A stretch of 20,000 nt of DNA from an uncultured bacterium (GCA_963843795.1 CAWJLW010000006.1:2470375-2490374); one strand, 5' to 3'; counted from the stretch's first letter, positions 1 through 9,714 are shown. Notes: generated from the sequence alone by a model not told the origin. Program-made: numbers and translations.

Positions 1-2
1 CG

Positions 3-557
3 ACCACATTGTTCGGGCAAACCTTGCTCACGACGTTGCAATCACCCAGCGCGCGCTTGTGGAAAGGCGCGAGCCTGCAAGGCAGTTTGCTGGCGAACGT
101 TTACAATTATTCCAACAATCGACGTGGAATTTCGCCGGGTCTGACGGTTGGTTTGCAGCAAACTTTTGGACGTGTGGGCGCGCTGCAGTTGAACTATAAC
201 TACGACAAGGGCAGCACCAACTTGCTCTCGACGCTCGGCAATGGCGCTTATCGCAATTTGGGCAGCAATTTCTTGTCCGGTTCGCTGTTCTTGAATTTCG
301 GGCAAAGCGTGGGCAGCAATTTCTTCTTCACCAAAAGCCTGACCGATGGCGGCTTATATGGCGCAGGCACGCTGGATTTCTATCCGACACAGAAATGGCG
401 TTTGGGATTGTTTTCCGATTACGCTTCGTTCGCCGACATAGAAAGCTATTTCGATTACGGTTTGGCCGTCGGGCGCGCCGTCGGACAACGCGAAATTTCG
501 CTCAACTGGAGCAAAACGCGCGGGCGCATCTATCTCGAACTCGGCGGCGCACGATGA
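3..557 (+). CDS. Partial hypothetical protein (5' end probably outside the window), possibly the C-terminus of an outer-membrane beta-barrel
   Basis: The frame is open from the window edge to TGA at 555-557. It has alternating hydrophobic/polar, Gly/aromatic-rich segments (LQLNYNYD, LSGSLFLNFG, WRLGLFSDY, RIYLELGG). Function is inferred only. Confidence 0.6.
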   Translation, partial: TTLFGQTLLTTLQSPSARLWKGASLQGSLLANVYNYSNNRRGISPGLTVGLQQTFGRVGALQLNYNYDKGSTNLLSTLGNGAYRNLGSNFLSGSLFLNFGQSVGSNFFFTKSLTDGGLYGAGTLDFYPTQKWRLGLFSDYASFADIESYFDYGLAVGRAVGQREISLNWSKTRGRIYLELGGAR

Positions 558-561
558 AATT

Positions 562-609
562 TCACTTGAAGCGGGCGCTGCAAGTACTTGCAGCGCCCGC
601 TTCAAGTGA
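562..609. terminator. 48-bp perfect palindrome centred on TGCAAGTACTTGCA, between convergent genes
   Basis: TCACTTGAAGCGGGCGCTGCAAGT|ACTTGCAGCGCCCGCTTCAAGTGA fills nearly all the space between the stop codons ending at 557 (+) and 610 (-). U-tracts are weak. Confidence 0.7.
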
Positions 610-1254
610 TTAGGCGATTTCGTTTTCGCGCCACGCTGTCCACCACAGCGCATTGTTCAAAATGCGACCGAAGCTTGGGTTTTCATACGCCGTCACGCCG
701 TGTCCCGATTCCAGACAAAACACGCGACTATCGTGGTAAAAATGCGTCCAGCCGATGGCACGCATCAATTCAGGGTGCGTGGTCGTAAACAACAGTTCGC
801 CCGCTTCGAGTTTGGGTTCTTGAATGTGGTAAATTTCATCCCGAATTACATAAGGTTCAACGCCTTTGGCAATAGGATGCGCGGGATTTTCGATTTTCAC
901 CGGAATATCTTGGTCGAATTTATAGCGGTTGTTATGGCGGTCGGCTATGCCGGTGATTTCGTTCCACAGCGGCCATTCTTTGAAAGCGACGAGGCCGTGA
1001 TGCAACACGATAATGCCCTGCTCGCGCCGCCCCAAAACGCTTTGCATCGTACTTTTCCACTTCTCGGCGAGTTCTTGTTGAAAGTTGTACATCACGACAA
1101 CATCATAAAGCGCGGCAGCTTTGGCATCGTAAGCCCAATCATCCAGAGACTGCACGTAAGAATCGACTTTTGGCATCGCGTGCCACAGATTGTGAAATGC
1201 CACCACGTTGAACGGATGGCCGCCGGTCACAACGGCAATTTGAAGATTTTTCAT
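610..1254 (-). CDS. ThuA-like (trehalose utilisation) domain protein
   Basis: Motifs VVTGGHPF, YDVVVMYN, GIIVLHHG, HPIAKGV..IRDEIY, IGWTH..SRVFCLESGH..AYENPSF..ILNNALWW match the ThuA/class I GATase-like fold. The ATG at 1254 is preferred over TTG at 1281. Confidence 0.8.
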   Translation of the reverse strand: MKNLQIAVVTGGHPFNVVAFHNLWHAMPKVDSYVQSLDDWAYDAKAAALYDVVVMYNFQQELAEKWKSTMQSVLGRREQGIIVLHHGLVAFKEWPLWNEITGIADRHNNRYKFDQDIPVKIENPAHPIAKGVEPYVIRDEIYHIQEPKLEAGELLFTTTHPELMRAIGWTHFYHDSRVFCLESGHGVTAYENPSFGRILNNALWWTAWRENEIA

Positions 1255-1337
1255 AGAATTTAGGTCCCGAATGCAGTGCAATAATTATGACGTATTCTTG
1301 CCCTGCAAGTACTTGCCAAACAAATTGAACAGAAAAT

Positions 1338-2294
1338 ATGACAGCAACCCGACACATTGAAATTTTAGATACGCACACTGGCGGCGAACCGACGCGCATC
1401 GTCGTCGCGGGCGCGCCCGATTTGGGTAGTGGAACCATCGCGGAACGCGCACAAACTTTTCGCGAAAAGTTTGACGGTTTTCGCAGTTGTGTAGTCAACG
1501 AGCCGCGCGGTAGCGATGTGATGGTGGGCGCGCTTTTGTTGGAGCCGCACGATAAAACGTGCACCGTGGGCGTAATTTTTTTCAATAATGTCGGCGTTCT
1601 GGGAATGTGCGGACATGGCAGCATCGGCGTCGGTGTGGCACTGCAATTTTTGGGGCGCGCGCAAAGTGGGCTGCATCGTGTGGAAACTCCGGTCGGAAAT
1701 GTCGAAATCGACCTGCAAAGCGAGCATCGTGTGGCCGTCGAAAACGTGCCGTCCTACCGTTTTCGCCGTGCCGTGACGGTTGAAGTCGAAGAATACGGCA
1801 CAGTAACCGGCGACATCGCGTGGGGCGGCAACTGGTTTTTCTTGGTCGGCCAACACCAAGAACGCGTGGCGGAAGATAATATCGCGCGCCTGACCGAGGT
1901 TTCGCTGCGCATTCGACGGGCGTTGGAAGCGCAAAATATCAGCGGGCGCGATGGCGGCGTTATCGACCATATCGAACTGTTCTCCGTGCCGACGACCGAA
2001 GGTGCGAACTCGAAAAATTTCGTCTTGTGCCCAGGCGCAGCTTATGATCGTTCGCCATGCGGAACCGGTACTAGCGCGAAAATTGCCTGTTTGGCAGCAG
2101 ATGGCAAATTGGCGCCGGGCGAAACTTGGGTGCAGGAATCCGTTATCGGCAGCACCTTTGAAGCTTCCTATCAAAATACCAGCGAGCCAGATATTATCGT
2201 GCCAAAAATCGTCGGCAGTGCGTGGATCATGGGACAGGGCACATTAATCGTTCAAGAGGGTGACCCGTTCGCTGAAGGAATTCGCTTGAAATAG
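1338..2294 (+). CDS. Proline racemase family enzyme, probably 4-hydroxyproline 2-epimerase
   Basis: N-terminal DTHTGGEPTR, EPRG, and both catalytic Cys motifs (MCGHG and DRSPCGTGTSAK) are present; 318 aa. Confidence 0.9.
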   Translation: MTATRHIEILDTHTGGEPTRIVVAGAPDLGSGTIAERAQTFREKFDGFRSCVVNEPRGSDVMVGALLLEPHDKTCTVGVIFFNNVGVLGMCGHGSIGVGVALQFLGRAQSGLHRVETPVGNVEIDLQSEHRVAVENVPSYRFRRAVTVEVEEYGTVTGDIAWGGNWFFLVGQHQERVAEDNIARLTEVSLRIRRALEAQNISGRDGGVIDHIELFSVPTTEGANSKNFVLCPGAAYDRSPCGTGTSAKIACLAADGKLAPGETWVQESVIGSTFEASYQNTSEPDIIVPKIVGSAWIMGQGTLIVQEGDPFAEGIRLK

Positions 2295-2306
2295 CGAAAA
2301 CAGCGG

Positions 2307-2338
2307 AATCAGCAGCGCAAGTACCTGCATTGCTGATT
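2307..2338. terminator. Imperfect hairpin around a variant motif (GCAAGTACCTGC), between convergent genes
   Basis: AATCAGCA...TGCTGATT arms flank the variant core at 2317-2328. Confidence 0.5.
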
Positions 2339-2366
2339 TGCATTTACGCGTCAGGGTCGCCCTCTT

Positions 2367-3323
2367 TTAAACATCCGACATTGCGTGCAATGTTTCCCAG
2401 AAATTCGCGTCGTAGGTTTGTTGCCATAAGCCGCGCACTTGTCCCAACAAATAACGCCGCCTGTTTACGTTATAACTGGCAAATTGTGCGGCATCGCCCG
2501 CCAAATCATCCTCGTGCTCGACATCAAAAGCTGTTTGCAACGTTTGATTGAGCACGGTGCGATCTTGCATTTCGCCCAGCACATCCTGCAATTCGACCAG
2601 AATTTTCACCGCCGCTTTGACTTTGCCATCATACGCCGGAGCGAAAGCTTCCAGTGTATAGCGCGTGCGGCGCAGCGCTTTGCGCAGTTCGTGCTGCCCG
2701 GTTTCATTAGCGCCTTCATCCAAGGTTTGGCCCAAAGCAAGCGAGGCTTCGATGCGGCTTTGCAAAATAAGGCGCGCGGCTTCGCGCAGCGAAATTTCAT
2801 CTTCCGACAAACCGGCTACGCCAGCCAGACTTGCCCCCCAAATCCGAAATTCGCTGCGCAATTTTTTTGGGCGTCGGTCTTTTTTAAGGCGGCGCGCTAA
2901 AATCTTGAATTCATCGGCGCGCTCGTCCCGCAAATACTTGCGGAAACTTTGCAATTCTTCGGACGCGTCGAGATTCAGATTTTCGCGTGCGGCAAACTCA
3001 TTCAGATACTCTTCGAGAACATCAAAGTCGCGCACCGCGCCCATGATATCGCCCAATTTTCCCAAATCGCTGCGGTGCGCTTTGATTTGCTTGACGATGT
3101 CGCGCGACAGCCACGCGCGCGCCTGCGGCTCCTGATAATTTTCCAGACACGAGCGCAAACGTCGCAGCGCAACGCGCATATCGTGCAAGGCTTCGGCATC
3201 GCCCGCAAGTACTTGCGCGTGGTGCGACCACGCTTTATCCCACAAACTCATGCTGAGCAGGCTCGCGCCCAGCAAAAACGGTTTGTCCGGCTTAATTCCA
3301 GCATCGCCCGCAATATCCGCCAT
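2367..3323 (-). CDS. CHAD domain protein (polyphosphate-binding family)
   Basis: Duplicated CHAD motifs: EALHDMRVALRRLRS / LGDIMGAVRDFDV and HELRKALRRTRYTLE / LQDVLGEMQD. ATG at 3323 has an upstream GAGG. The longer ORF to 3617 overlaps the divergent gene and is unlikely. Confidence 0.88.
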   Translation of the reverse strand: MADIAGDAGIKPDKPFLLGASLLSMSLWDKAWSHHAQVLAGDAEALHDMRVALRRLRSCLENYQEPQARAWLSRDIVKQIKAHRSDLGKLGDIMGAVRDFDVLEEYLNEFAARENLNLDASEELQSFRKYLRDERADEFKILARRLKKDRRPKKLRSEFRIWGASLAGVAGLSEDEISLREAARLILQSRIEASLALGQTLDEGANETGQHELRKALRRTRYTLEAFAPAYDGKVKAAVKILVELQDVLGEMQDRTVLNQTLQTAFDVEHEDDLAGDAAQFASYNVNRRRYLLGQVRGLWQQTYDANFWETLHAMSDV

Positions 3324-3447
3324 AAATTTCTCTACCTCTGGGTTCAATCGTGCGCAAAGTGCGCACCGAGTCCAATCACGACGAATGACAGGTTTAAACG
3401 CGCCATGAGATAGACTTTGATTTCCAATTTCCAGAGCGGTTTTTCTC

Positions 3448-6400
3448 ATGTCAACACCCAATCTATCCGAACAACCCGGCGCTTCAACACCCAATCCGCA
3501 ACGCAAACTTTTGTTGCGGGGAATTTTTGCCATTGCAATTATCGCGATCGCGGCGATAGGAACGATGTGGCGGCGCGCCAATGTTTTGCCAACTCCGGGC
3601 ACGCCCGAATACACCAAAATGGTACGCGCGTTTTATACCGGCGTCATCGCGATGCAAGTCGGCGATGACGAGCGCGCCGCGCGTAATCTCAAAAATGCCA
3701 TCACAATCGTGCCGCCCGAACCCGCCGCGCACGCCGATTTAGGTGTTCTGGCGCTGCGCGCGCGCGATTTTCCGACAGCTAAAACTAATCTCGACAAAGC
3801 GCGCGAACTGGCGCCCAACAACTCCGAAATCGAAGCGCTTTTGGGCGCTCTGGAAAAAGAACAGGGCAATTTCGACGGCGCGGTTTCGCATCTCAAACGC
3901 GCCATCGAACTTGATGGCAACAATCTGCGCGCTCGTTATGCATTGACCAAAATCATCGCGCAAATCGGAGCGGCGGACGCCGATGCGCAAGTTAAAACTC
4001 AGCTCGATGCGATTCTAAAAACGCAGCCCAATAATTTGGCCGCTCTTCTGGATGCGGCGCGTTTGTCGGCCAAAACCAACGATGCGGCCACGCTGAAAGA
4101 CGTACTGGCAAAGCTAAGTGCTAACAGCGGCGGTTGGAGCGCCGAAGCGCGCGAACAATTGCAGGAATTGCAGGCGGCGCCGATTAATCAGGCCACGACG
4201 CCCGCGATTTATCTGGCGAACCTGCTGCGCGCGCTGCCCGAATATCAAAGCGCGCTGCAAGTACTTGCACCAGCGGGCAACGCCGTCGCCGACCCAATCG
4301 AGAACTTTCTCGTTCTGCAAATTCCGTCCTCGCAACCCGCGCCGCCCGATAGCGCGCTGGCTTTCACGGCCAAGAACGTGATGACCAGCGCAAATTCGCA
4401 ATATGAAGGTGCCCGCGCTTTGATTGCCGACGAAAAAAGCGTGCCGCTCGCAGTGTTCAACGACCTCAAAACCGTGCAGATTTTCAGCGAACCCAAACCA
4501 GTTTCACTGCCGTTCACTGGCACAAAAACCCTGGCGGTTTTGGATTGGAACGCCGATTTTCAAAACGATTTGCTGGCGGCTGGCGCGCAAGGCTTGAAAT
4601 TCTGGCAAAACAACGACGGAAAATTCACCGATGTGAGCGCACAAACCAAGCTGCCCTCGCAAGTACTTGCGGGCACTTATCAAAACACATGGGTTGCCGA
4701 CATCGAAGCCGATGGCGATTTGGACATCGTTCTCAACCCCACCAATGGCGCGCCACTCGAACTACGCAACAATGGTGATGGCAGTTGGCAAACCCAACCA
4801 ATTTTCGCTTCAATTGCTGGAATCAACGCTTTTATTTGGTCGGATTTCGACAATGATAACGACAACGACGCGGCGCTGCTTGATAGTGCGGGCACGTTGC
4901 ATTTTTTCACCAATAATCGTTCGGGACAGTTCAGCGAGCGCACCGACATGGCAAAAATCGGTGCAGCTTTGGCTCTGGCAGTCAGCGATTTAAACAGCGA
5001 CGGTATTTTCGATTTGTTGGTGTGGCAACGAGATGGCGCGCTTTTGCGTTTGTGGCTCGAGGATGACAAATGGCAGCAACAGGTGCTGGGCAAATTCGCC
5101 GTCGAGGGGCAATTCACTGTCGCGCGCTTGCTGTGCGCCGATTTCGATAACAATGGTGCGCCCGATATTTTGGCGAGCGCCGACAATCAAACCCAAATCT
5201 GGCTGGGCGCTGGTGGCACCGATCTCAGCCCGCCGCTGAAGGTTGCGGGCGCAGTTTTCGATGTCGCGGACCTGAACAAAGATGGCCGTCTTGATTTGCT
5301 CGGCGTAGAAAACGGCAAGGCGACGCAGTGGATTAGCGCGGGCACGAAGAATTATCACTGGCAGGAGTTGCGCGCGCGCGCCAAGCAAACCCAGGGCGAT
5401 GGACGCATCAATTCGTTCGGCATCGGCGGTGAAATGGAATTGCGCGTTGGCACGATTTACCAAAAACGGATGATTGCGGCGCCGACCGTTCATTTCGGAT
5501 TGGGCGAAAACACGGCATCTGATGCGCTGCGTTTGACGTGGCCTAATGGCGACGCGCAAGGCGAATTTGAACTCAAAGCCGATCAAACCATTGTCGCCGA
5601 ACAACGCTTGACCGGCTCATGTCCGTATCTGTTTGTGTGGGATGGAACGCAAATGCGCTTTGTCAAAGATGTCAACTGGCGTTCTCCACTGGGATTGAAA
5701 ATCAATTCGCAAGACACAGCGGGTATTGTGCAAACCGAAGATTGGGCGCACATTCGCGGCGACCAGATGCAAGCCAAAGAAGGCAAATACGATTTGCGCA
5801 TCACGGCGGATTTGTGGGAAGCGCATTATTTCGATACTGTGCAATTGCTCAGCGTCGATCATCCGAAAAATACGCGCGTCTGGGTTGATGAACGCTTTTC
5901 GGTTCCGATGCCTCCGCTGCGGGTTTTAACGACGACAATAGACCAACCTTTAGCGCAAGTATTGGATACACAAAAGCGCGATGTGCGCGCGAAAGTGCGC
6001 GACTTGGACGCGGAATATCTCGATTGCGGGCGCGGCCAATATCAGGGCGTGACGCGCGATCATTGGATCGAAGGTGAACTGCCCGAATCTGCGCCGCGCG
6101 ACAACAAACTGTGGCTCATCGCACAAGGCTGGCTGCATCCGACCGATTCTTCGGTCAATGTGGCTCTGGCGCAAAATGGCATCGTGCCGCAGGATTTGAG
6201 CCTTGAAGTCGCCGATGGACACGGCGGTTGGCACGTGGCCCAAGCGCATTTGGGCTTTCCTGCAGGAAAAAACAAAGCGATTACAATTGATCTCAGTCGC
6301 GCGTTTGTGGCCAATGCGCCGCGACGTTTTCGCTTGCGCACCAATCTGGAAATCTATTGGGACAAAATTTCGTGGGCGCTTGAGTTGGATAATTCCAAAA

Positions 6401-6912
6401 CTAAAATCCAGCGTTCGCTCCCGGAAACGGCGCAATTGCGTTATCGCGGTTTCTCGAAAATCGTGGCAAAAAATGCCGCATCGCCGGAATTGCCGACTTC
6501 GTATCGACCCGATGCCGGTACGATGGCGCGCTGGCACGATTTGCCGGGCTTTTACACGCGCTTTGGAGATGTGCGCCCGCTGTTGGAGCGCATTGATGAT
6601 CGCTACGTTATTATGAACGCGGGCGACGAAATGCGCTTGCAATTTGTCGACCCCCCCGCACCAGCCAACGGACAAACGCGTGATTGGATTTTCATCAGCG
6701 ATGGCTGGACAAAGGATGGCAATTTGAACACGACATTTTCGCAAACGCTGCTACCTTTGCCAGCGCACAATTTGGCGCAAACCAATGTGCCGCCGACGAC
6801 GTTGCAAAACGATCCGGTTTACCGAAAACATCGTGACGATTGGCGCGATTATCACACGCGCTGGATCGATAATCAAAAGTTTCAGGGCGCTCTTCGTGCG
6901 GGCTTAAATTGA
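3448..6912 (+). CDS. Large membrane-anchored TPR + FG-GAP/VCBS + ASPIC/UnbV protein with an extra C-terminal domain
   Basis: N-terminal TM helix, then TPR-like repeats (AHADLGVLAL, ALLGALEKEQGNFDGA). Repeated DxDxDGxxD motifs (DIEADGDLD, DLNSDGIFD, DFDNNGAPD, DLNKDGRLD). ASPIC/UnbV-like VHFGLGE..LRLTWPNG, followed by about 430 aa starting at GSCPYLFVWDG. Confidence 0.85.
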   Translation: MSTPNLSEQPGASTPNPQRKLLLRGIFAIAIIAIAAIGTMWRRANVLPTPGTPEYTKMVRAFYTGVIAMQVGDDERAARNLKNAITIVPPEPAAHADLGVLALRARDFPTAKTNLDKARELAPNNSEIEALLGALEKEQGNFDGAVSHLKRAIELDGNNLRARYALTKIIAQIGAADADAQVKTQLDAILKTQPNNLAALLDAARLSAKTNDAATLKDVLAKLSANSGGWSAEAREQLQELQAAPINQATTPAIYLANLLRALPEYQSALQVLAPAGNAVADPIENFLVLQIPSSQPAPPDSALAFTAKNVMTSANSQYEGARALIADEKSVPLAVFNDLKTVQIFSEPKPVSLPFTGTKTLAVLDWNADFQNDLLAAGAQGLKFWQNNDGKFTDVSAQTKLPSQVLAGTYQNTWVADIEADGDLDIVLNPTNGAPLELRNNGDGSWQTQPIFASIAGINAFIWSDFDNDNDNDAALLDSAGTLHFFTNNRSGQFSERTDMAKIGAALALAVSDLNSDGIFDLLVWQRDGALLRLWLEDDKWQQQVLGKFAVEGQFTVARLLCADFDNNGAPDILASADNQTQIWLGAGGTDLSPPLKVAGAVFDVADLNKDGRLDLLGVENGKATQWISAGTKNYHWQELRARAKQTQGDGRINSFGIGGEMELRVGTIYQKRMIAAPTVHFGLGENTASDALRLTWPNGDAQGEFELKADQTIVAEQRLTGSCPYLFVWDGTQMRFVKDVNWRSPLGLKINSQDTAGIVQTEDWAHIRGDQMQAKEGKYDLRITADLWEAHYFDTVQLLSVDHPKNTRVWVDERFSVPMPPLRVLTTTIDQPLAQVLDTQKRDVRAKVRDLDAEYLDCGRGQYQGVTRDHWIEGELPESAPRDNKLWLIAQGWLHPTDSSVNVALAQNGIVPQDLSLEVADGHGGWHVAQAHLGFPAGKNKAITIDLSRAFVANAPRRFRLRTNLEIYWDKISWALELDNSKTKIQRSLPETAQLRYRGFSKIVAKNAASPELPTSYRPDAGTMARWHDLPGFYTRFGDVRPLLERIDDRYVIMNAGDEMRLQFVDPPAPANGQTRDWIFISDGWTKDGNLNTTFSQTLLPLPAHNLAQTNVPPTTLQNDPVYRKHRDDWRDYHTRWIDNQKFQGALRAGLN

Positions 6913-7004
6913 TTCCTGCAGGTACTTGCAGGTGAGAAAATCGCGCGAAATGGGTATAAAAAACTAGCTGCAAGTACTTGCAGCCTGCTGGCAGCACACA
7001 TATT

Positions 7005-8822
7005 ATGTCGAATTCTCGCTCTCGCCTTCCACAAATTATCGCCACTGTTATCTTTGGCGCACTCATCACAGTGCCCATTGTTCTCCAACGTCGCCAGAAC
7101 ACGCAAACCCCCAGCGCGCCCGACCAGAGCGGCGCGTTGAAACGATACGGTTTTTCACTGACCGAAGCCTCGCAAAAAGCGGGCATCGACTTTAAACATC
7201 AGGCACCGAAGCTGGATGCCAAACTTGACCATATCATGCCTCAAGTCGCTTCGATGGGCGCAGGCGTGGCGATTGGCGACTTCGACCGCGACGGTTGGGA
7301 CGATATTTATCTCACCAATTCGGCGCAAAATTCTCTCAACCGTTTGTATCGCAACCGGGGTGATGGCACCTTTGAAGACGTCGCGGGCGCGCTGGGCGTA
7401 GCAGACGTGAACCGTTTCGACGGCGATTCCAAAGGCACGTCAATGGGCGCCGTGTGGGGCGATTACGACAACGATGGCTGGGAAGACTTGCTGATTTACA
7501 AGTGGGGCAAACCGGAATTATTTCACAACGATGCGGGCAAAAAGTTTTCGCGCGCAACTGAGACTTCTGGCCTGCCGAACTGGGTGAACGCCAACAACGC
7601 CATCTGGTTCGATTACGACCGCGACGGCAAATTGGATATTTTCATTGGCGGCTACTACGCCGAAAACGTCAATTTATGGAAGCTGACTACGACGCGCATC
7701 ATGCCCGACAGTTTGGAATACGCGCGCAACGGCACCCGCAAGTACTTGCTGCACGGAATGGGCAACGGCAAATTCGAAGATGTGACGCAGAAAATGGGCT
7801 TGGACAGCAAAAGCTGGACGTTGGCTGCAGTCGCGGCGGATTTGCGCGGCACGGGCTATCCCGATTTATTCATCGCTAACGATTACGGTGTAGCCGAATT
7901 GTGGGCCAATCAAGGTGGCAAAAAATTCGTCAATATCGGCAAAGATAGCGGCGTCGGATATGCGCCCAAAAGTGGCATGAACGCTGCGGTTGGCGACGTG
8001 ATGAACAACGGGAATTTGGCAGTTTATGTGTCGAATATCTCCGAGCCAGGCGTTTTATTGCAGGGCAATAACTTGTGGATGCCGAATCCGGGCACCAAAG
8101 GCAACGGAGTCAAATATCAAAATCTGGCGCACGAAATGGGCGTGGAAGATGGCGGTTGGAGCTTTGGCGCGCAGTTCGGAGACTTGAACAACGACGGCCA
8201 TTTGGATTTATTTTTGGCCAACGGCTACGTTTCGGGCGACAAATCGAGCTACTGGTATGATTATTCGAAAGTTGCGGGCGGTAATAGTTCAATTATTTCT
8301 GACGCCGCAAACTGGCCGCCGATGAACAATCGGAATTTGTCTGGCAATCAGGCCAAACATTTATGGATTAACGATGGAAACGGCAATTTCACCGAAGTCG
8401 CGCAAGCCGTCGGCGCAACCGACCGTTTCGATGGCCGCGCGGTGGCTTTGGCCGATTTCAGAAATAACGGCGCATTAGACATCGTAGAATCGAATCAGCG
8501 TGGGCCGTTGCAATTGTATCGCAACACGGTGGCCGATGGTCGCGATTGGATTGAATTCGCGCTCGAGGGTGCTCAAAGCAATCGCAGCGCGATTGGTGCG
8601 CAAATCGTTATCAATTGGAAAAACGCGCAGGGCGAACAACAACAGAAACAGGAAATTAGCGGCGGCAGCGGATTTTGCGCGCAAAACTCGCGACGTATAC
8701 ATTTCGGCTTGGGCAAAAACGCAAAAATCGAGAAAATTCAAATCCGCTGGCCTTTGGGACAAACGCAAAACGTGGAGGCGATGGCCGTAAATCAACTGCA
8801 CAAAATCAAGGAAACGCTATGA
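7005..8822 (+). CDS. CRTAC1/ASPIC-UnbV family FG-GAP repeat protein
   Basis: N-terminal TM anchor. FG-GAP motifs GDFDRDGWDD, GDYDNDGWED, DYDRDGKLD, GDLNNDGHLD. C-terminal SNRSAIGA..GGSGFCAQNSRRIHFGLG..IQIRWP. The ATG at 7005 is chosen because the TTG at 6978 lies within the palindrome. Confidence 0.9.
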   Translation: MSNSRSRLPQIIATVIFGALITVPIVLQRRQNTQTPSAPDQSGALKRYGFSLTEASQKAGIDFKHQAPKLDAKLDHIMPQVASMGAGVAIGDFDRDGWDDIYLTNSAQNSLNRLYRNRGDGTFEDVAGALGVADVNRFDGDSKGTSMGAVWGDYDNDGWEDLLIYKWGKPELFHNDAGKKFSRATETSGLPNWVNANNAIWFDYDRDGKLDIFIGGYYAENVNLWKLTTTRIMPDSLEYARNGTRKYLLHGMGNGKFEDVTQKMGLDSKSWTLAAVAADLRGTGYPDLFIANDYGVAELWANQGGKKFVNIGKDSGVGYAPKSGMNAAVGDVMNNGNLAVYVSNISEPGVLLQGNNLWMPNPGTKGNGVKYQNLAHEMGVEDGGWSFGAQFGDLNNDGHLDLFLANGYVSGDKSSYWYDYSKVAGGNSSIISDAANWPPMNNRNLSGNQAKHLWINDGNGNFTEVAQAVGATDRFDGRAVALADFRNNGALDIVESNQRGPLQLYRNTVADGRDWIEFALEGAQSNRSAIGAQIVINWKNAQGEQQQKQEISGGSGFCAQNSRRIHFGLGKNAKIEKIQIRWPLGQTQNVEAMAVNQLHKIKETL

Positions 8823-9706
8823 AATCTCCCGCATTGACCGCGCCGGTGGGCGCTGCTCAAAACGAAAACGCATCACCACGACGTTTTAAAATCGACGAAC
8901 GTTATGTGGCGCCGGTTTTAATCACCTGCATTTTGTTGGGTGCGCAACTGAATTTTGGCGTGCTGGAAAGTTTTCCGCACACGCTTTTAGCGATTGCGAC
9001 TTCGATTATCGCGGAGATTTTCTTCAGCAAGCTGCTGCGCGGAACGTGGCCGCATCTGGCGAGCGCTTATATTTCCGGTATCAGCGTGGGAATTTTGGTC
9101 CGCTCGACCGATTTCTGGCCTTATGCGCTGTGTGCGGCGATTGCGGTGGCTTCGAAATACGTAATTCGCGTCAAAGGCCGCCACATCTGGAATCCATCGA
9201 ACTTCGCGATTTCGATCATGTTGCTGATAGCACCTGCTGCGGTTGCGACTTTGAGCGTGCAGTGGGACAATCGTTTGTGGGCGATGCTGGCGATCTGGGC
9301 GTTGGGTTCGGTCATCATCTTGCGTTTGAAACGGTTTCATATCTGCGCGGCTTATGTGCTGTCATTTTTGGCTTTCGCGGGTTTGCGTAGCCTGATTACC
9401 GGGCACAGTTTGGAATCGGAAATTGCACCGATCACCGGGCCGATGTATCAGTTGTTCATCTTCTTCATGATTACCGACCCGAAAACCACCGTCGGCAGCA
9501 AACGCGCGCAAATCATGGTGGCGATTGGCGTGGCGGCGATGGAAATGGTGCTGCGCTTGAACCAAAACATTCACGCGCCTTATTACGCATTATTCATCGT
9601 CGGCCCGATTGCCAACCTGCTGGAAATTTGGAATCGTGAACGCAACGCGAAAAAGCTGGAGGTGCGCTCTGAAGCGATTGTCGAAACGGCTCCGCTCGCG
9701 CGTTGA
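8819..9706 (+). CDS. Polytopic membrane protein, UnbU / RnfD-NqrB-like family
   Basis: Multiple TM helices with SKYVIRVKGRHIWNPSNF and FFMITDPKT motifs. The ATGA overlap with the upstream stop at 8819-8822 implies translational coupling. Confidence 0.78.
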   Translation: MKSPALTAPVGAAQNENASPRRFKIDERYVAPVLITCILLGAQLNFGVLESFPHTLLAIATSIIAEIFFSKLLRGTWPHLASAYISGISVGILVRSTDFWPYALCAAIAVASKYVIRVKGRHIWNPSNFAISIMLLIAPAAVATLSVQWDNRLWAMLAIWALGSVIILRLKRFHICAAYVLSFLAFAGLRSLITGHSLESEIAPITGPMYQLFIFFMITDPKTTVGSKRAQIMVAIGVAAMEMVLRLNQNIHAPYYALFIVGPIANLLEIWNRERNAKKLEVRSEAIVETAPLAR

Positions 9707-9714
9707 AATTCAAT

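Noticed and set aside
354..653. Small ORFs on both strands sharing the peptide HLKRALQVLAAPASS
   Set aside because: This is an automatic consequence of translating a perfect palindrome, and the ORFs overlap real genes.
3324..3617. N-terminal extension of the CHAD ORF (and similar extensions at 6978, 8675, 11752, 12916, 13966, 16472, 17480)
   Set aside because: They overlap neighbouring genes or start within the motif or leader DNA. Downstream ATGs fit the RBS position or family N-termini better.
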